Source of the DNA: Mobula hypostoma
Taxonomy: Eukaryota
DNA length: 64,000 nucleotides
NCBI RefSeq assembly: GCF_963921235.1
Contig: NC_086108.1
Coordinates: 20,584,001-20,648,000, forward strand
Direction of reading: 5' to 3'
The translations under genes were made by a program, and so were the position numbers. The notes beneath the pieces were generated by a model. It was not told where the DNA came from, did no database searches, and saw only the letters and a program-made list of their open reading frames with translations. Of this stretch, positions 63,940 through 64,000 are shown piece after piece. Position 1 is the stretch's first letter; the number at the start of each line of letters is the position of its first letter.

Positions 63940-64000
63940 TGCTCATCTTTTTTATCCAGTACTGATGAAGTGTCACGGCCCGACATGTCGACTGCTTACT
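63940..64000 (+). mobile_element. PLE terminus with decayed hammerhead, cut by the window end
   Basis: cagtactgatgaagtgtcacggcccgacatgtcgactg. Confidence 0.65.

Noticed and set aside
1..64000. CRISPR array, prokaryotic RT/retron system, or a nested ANGPTL1-like gene
   Set aside because: No regularly spaced repeats; all RT ORFs belong to eukaryotic LINE clades; no fibrinogen-domain exons recognised on the plus strand.

Overview
This is eukaryotic (vertebrate) DNA; the repeat families suggest a cartilaginous fish, probably a ray (inference). The whole window lies inside one minus-strand host gene. I reconstructed five coding exons by hand (52871-52730, 45603-45452, 36680-36626, 11967-11890, 8805-8700). 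They splice in frame to ...GPDVAPSPQSSRRSVAAEAALMNIPPTPPSSRHLFTHGHRKSHSLGYNFIHKMNTAEFKSATFPNGRPRHLLDDSVMENYTPSRVQAESSTISSGISLGSSEGSELSEEVSWPAFERNRFYYSLCPVPRVGRNGSRGHMKTNSSVESEELAVNFFLGCVTIQGVLRRKTLLKEGKKPT..., which I recognise as the RALGPS2 linker plus the start of the PH domain. None of these exons is in the supplied ORF track. The introns are packed with nested transposons: CR1, Rex1/Babar-like and RTE LINEs, Penelope-like elements (PLEs), SINEs, solo LTRs, a hAT, a Harbinger and a Tigger. Most notable: (1) about 11 copies of a minimal type-I hammerhead ribozyme motif at PLE termini, three with an intact core; (2) a GC-AG intron upstream of a frame-preserving 78-nt cassette-like exon with ESRP/RBFOX-type motifs; (3) an LTR flanked by a 161-bp duplication; (4) multi-level nested insertions with intact target-site duplications (TSDs). 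All calls are by eye; no database search or folding computation was run.
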